Origin: an uncultured Deinococcales bacterium
GTDB lineage: Bacteria; Deinococcota; Deinococci; Deinococcales; JAAFIG01
DNA length: 29,803 nucleotides
Direction: 5' to 3'
NCBI GenBank assembly: GCA_964244895.1
Contig: CAXTKV010000018.1
Location: 9,715-39,517, forward strand
Shown: one piece after another, positions 27,624 to 29,803 of the stretch
How the letters are laid out: every line of letters begins with the position of its first letter
Numbering within the stretch: position 1 is the first letter of the stretch
Program-made: the position numbers and the translations under genes
The notes under the pieces: model-generated
The model's database searches: none
What the model saw: the letters and a program-made list of their open reading frames with translations, nothing else
Told to the model about the DNA's origin: nothing

Positions 27624-27658
27624 CTCCTGAGGCTGGGCGCAAACGCACACCTCAGGAG
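27624..27658 (+). promoter_or_regulatory. Hairpin between the peptide array and the MFS gene
   Basis: CTCCTGAGG...CCTCAGGAG outer stem with an inner GCG-CAAA-CGC; only a weak U-tract. Confidence 0.5.
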
Positions 27659-27678
27659 CGGTTTCACAGGGGATCACC

Positions 27679-28968
27679 ATGTCTGACACCACAACACCCG
27701 AAGCGGCCCTCAGTTCCCGCCAAGTTTTTGCCATGCGTGACTTCCGCTCGTTGTGGTTCGCGTACCTGATCTCCGAATTTGGTAACAGTCTGACCACGTT
27801 CGCGCTGGTCATTTTGGTGAACAACCTGACGGGATCGACGGCGTCGGTAGCAACTATGGCGCTCGCGGTGGTTCTCCCGCAAGTGGTTTTTGGACTGATC
27901 GCTGGCGTGTTCGTGGATCGTTGGAACACCAGACGGGTCATGATCGTCTCGGATCTTGTTCGGGGAATCCTGGTGCTCGGTTTTATTCCCGCGGTGCTCA
28001 GCCATCAACTCTGGATCATTTACGCGCTGGGTTTCGTGCAAGCCACCGTCGGTACGTTCTTTTCTCCGGCCAGATTGTCGTTCATGCCTTCGGTGGTTCC
28101 AGAAAACGGTTTGATGGCCGCCAACGCCATGACGGGCACGGCTCGAGTCGCCGCGACCCTGCTCGGTGGGGCTCTCGTGGGTGCCATGCTGGGTGTGGTC
28201 AACGCGTCATGGCCCATTTTTTTGATAGATGCCATCACGTTTTTGGCTTCGGCGTTGTTGGTCAACAGCATTCGTTCAAAAGTCAATTTGCCAGAAGAGA
28301 CGGAATCCGAAAGCATCTCCGGGTTCTTTCAAGAATTCAAAGCAGGCATGACCTATATCGCTCAATCGGCGAGCTTGACTGGACTCATCATTGCTGTTGG
28401 TGTTTCAGAAATTGGATTGGGGGCTACGCAAGTCCTGTACGCTCCTTTTTTCACCAAAGAACTGCATGTGCCCGCCGCTTGGCTTGGCCCAGAAGAAGCT
28501 GTGAGTGCTGTCGCCATGGCGTTTGGTGGCGTTTTGGTCGCTGTTCTAGCGGCCAAGTTCAAACCCCAGGTGCTGGCTCCGCTCGGCCTGCTGATTCTTG
28601 GTTTGGGGCTCGGCGCTGTTGCCGCAGTCACGAACCTGTGGTTGCTGATGGCCACGGCGCTCCTGACTGGAATTTTTATCAGCCCCATGCAATCGTCTTT
28701 CTCCACGATCTTTCAGCGTTCTTGCGCCCCGCAGTTGCGCGGTCGGGTCGGTTCAGCCATCACGACCGTCTTTAACACGGCCAGCCTGTTCTCGATTGTC
28801 GGGGCTGGCGTACTGGGTGATCTGCTCGGTTTGCGAACACTCTTTTTGGCCGTTGGAAGCATCACGGTGCTGGCGGGACTGATCGCTTGGGTGCTGTTCC
28901 GCCCGAGCAGCCTCGAGTTGGCGACCCAATCCAATTCTGCTGCCACGACGACACCAGCTTCAGCCTGA
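27679..28968 (+). CDS. MFS transporter (DHA3/MFS_3 exporter-like)
   Basis: RDFRSLW..YLIS.FG, motif A GVFVDRWNTRRVMIVSDLVRG, FFSPA, LRGRV; about 12 TM segments. Confidence 0.9.
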   Translation: MSDTTTPEAALSSRQVFAMRDFRSLWFAYLISEFGNSLTTFALVILVNNLTGSTASVATMALAVVLPQVVFGLIAGVFVDRWNTRRVMIVSDLVRGILVLGFIPAVLSHQLWIIYALGFVQATVGTFFSPARLSFMPSVVPENGLMAANAMTGTARVAATLLGGALVGAMLGVVNASWPIFLIDAITFLASALLVNSIRSKVNLPEETESESISGFFQEFKAGMTYIAQSASLTGLIIAVGVSEIGLGATQVLYAPFFTKELHVPAAWLGPEEAVSAVAMAFGGVLVAVLAAKFKPQVLAPLGLLILGLGLGAVAAVTNLWLLMATALLTGIFISPMQSSFSTIFQRSCAPQLRGRVGSAITTVFNTASLFSIVGAGVLGDLLGLRTLFLAVGSITVLAGLIAWVLFRPSSLELATQSNSAATTTPASA

Positions 28969-29077
28969 CGGAGATCGAGGTTGTACGAATATCGGGGGTT
29001 TCTCCGACGGTCTTCACGCCTATCGTTTCGGCATCGCATCACGTACCTTAACTCGTCGCCGCAAACTCGCTTCGATA

Positions 29078-29102
29078 AAAACACCGTCCAGTACGGTGTT
29101 TT
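29078..29102. repeat. Compact hairpin form of the REP-like element
   Basis: AAAACACCGT-CCAGT-ACGGTGTTTT. Confidence 0.7.
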
Positions 29103-29198
29103 CTTTAATCTTTCAATATCTGGTGCGGAGCGCGAGTCCTTCGCGCTCGAGCAAGGTTTATTGGTGCTCGGGTCTGGTGTGATGGGGGGGCTCGAGAG

Positions 29199-29232
29199 AA
29201 CGCGCGGTGAGGGTCGACGCTCACCGCGCGTT
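29199..29232. terminator. 13-bp inverted repeat between the convergent MFS and peptidase genes
   Basis: AACGCGCGGTGAG-8 nt-CTCACCGCGCGTT. Confidence 0.45.
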
Positions 29233-29324
29233 ACGGAGGGGTGAGCCAGCGAATGCTCGAGTGACTCGCCGTATTCGTTTTGCGCCCCGAACTTTCGATG
29301 GAACACTCAGGCGATGTCTTCATG

Positions 29325-29803
29325 TTAGATCATCAGTTCTCGTTTCAACCACCCAACCAAATCGCGTACGCCTTCACGGTCAAAACGCAACGGTGTTCCG
29401 GCGGCGGCGTACAGTTCGGGCAGACTGCGCGTGTACCCCAGCCCGAGCGCGGTTCGGTACGCTTCGAGCGTTTGGGTGGGTCGCTCGAGCGCGTTTTTCC
29501 AGAGTTGGACCGCGCCCAGTCCGGCCAGAATGTACTCGAACATGTAAAACGGGGCTTCAAAATGGTGCCCGATGGTCAACCAGCCTCCGGCCCTGATCGG
29601 CTCGAGGTCCGTCCAGTCCAGGCCAGGCGCGAAACGGTCTGAAAGTTCAAGCCATTTCTGGTGCAGTGCGTCGGTGGTGGGCGGAATCGTCTGGGTGTAC
29701 ACCCAGTGCTGGAAGGCATCGCTGGGCGCCAGTCTGGGCAGGTCCACCCCCAGTTGCTCGAGGGCGTCTTGGCGGGCGCGTCTGGCATCGATGCTCGAGT
29801 AAA
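29325..29803 (-). CDS. M3 family oligoendopeptidase (PepF/M3B-like), C-terminal part; gene begins beyond the window
   Basis: Frame open to the window edge; DAFQHWVY, W...HHFEAPFY.FEY.LA.LGA.QLW, Y..AL.LG.TRSLPELY.AAG; the HExxH motif would lie outside the window. Confidence 0.8.
   Translation of the reverse strand, partial: YSSIDARRARQDALEQLGVDLPRLAPSDAFQHWVYTQTIPPTTDALHQKWLELSDRFAPGLDWTDLEPIRAGGWLTIGHHFEAPFYMFEYILAGLGAVQLWKNALERPTQTLEAYRTALGLGYTRSLPELYAAAGTPLRFDREGVRDLVGWLKRELMI

Noticed and set aside
1..29803. tRNA, rRNA, transposase or integrase genes
   Set aside because: None were recognisable by eye; a covariance-model search was not possible.

Overview
GC-rich bacterial chromosomal window, most likely Deinococcota. 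This is inferred from EF-P with Arg32 in a HQKIGRGG loop, many apparently leaderless genes and a strong excess of CTCGAG. The first ~23 kb is mostly housekeeping and accessory genes: efp, an SBBP lipoprotein, rpmF-fabH, citrate synthase, a MUG-like glycosylase, secreted and lipoproteins, hom, rbsK, DinB, ABC-F, Rieske, TPR, GNAT, hisF-hisIE, CIA30 and YbhB. Nearly every intergenic gap carries a palindromic REP-like element (AACACCGTCCAGCACG...CGTGCTGGACGGTGTT). The main finding is at 23574-29803. A 999-aa P-loop/TPR/BTAD regulator is followed by an AT-rich gap with no plus-strand ORF in the supplied track. That gap holds seven tandem, individually SD-led 13-aa cationic peptide genes (consensus MKKIRKGRxAWxG, ~75-nt period), a 48-aa Sec-signal propeptide gene and several long hairpins. 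An MFS transporter and a convergent M3 oligoendopeptidase follow. The locus looks like a peptide signalling, RiPP or antimicrobial-peptide system that I cannot assign to a known family. All calls are by eye; no database searches were run.
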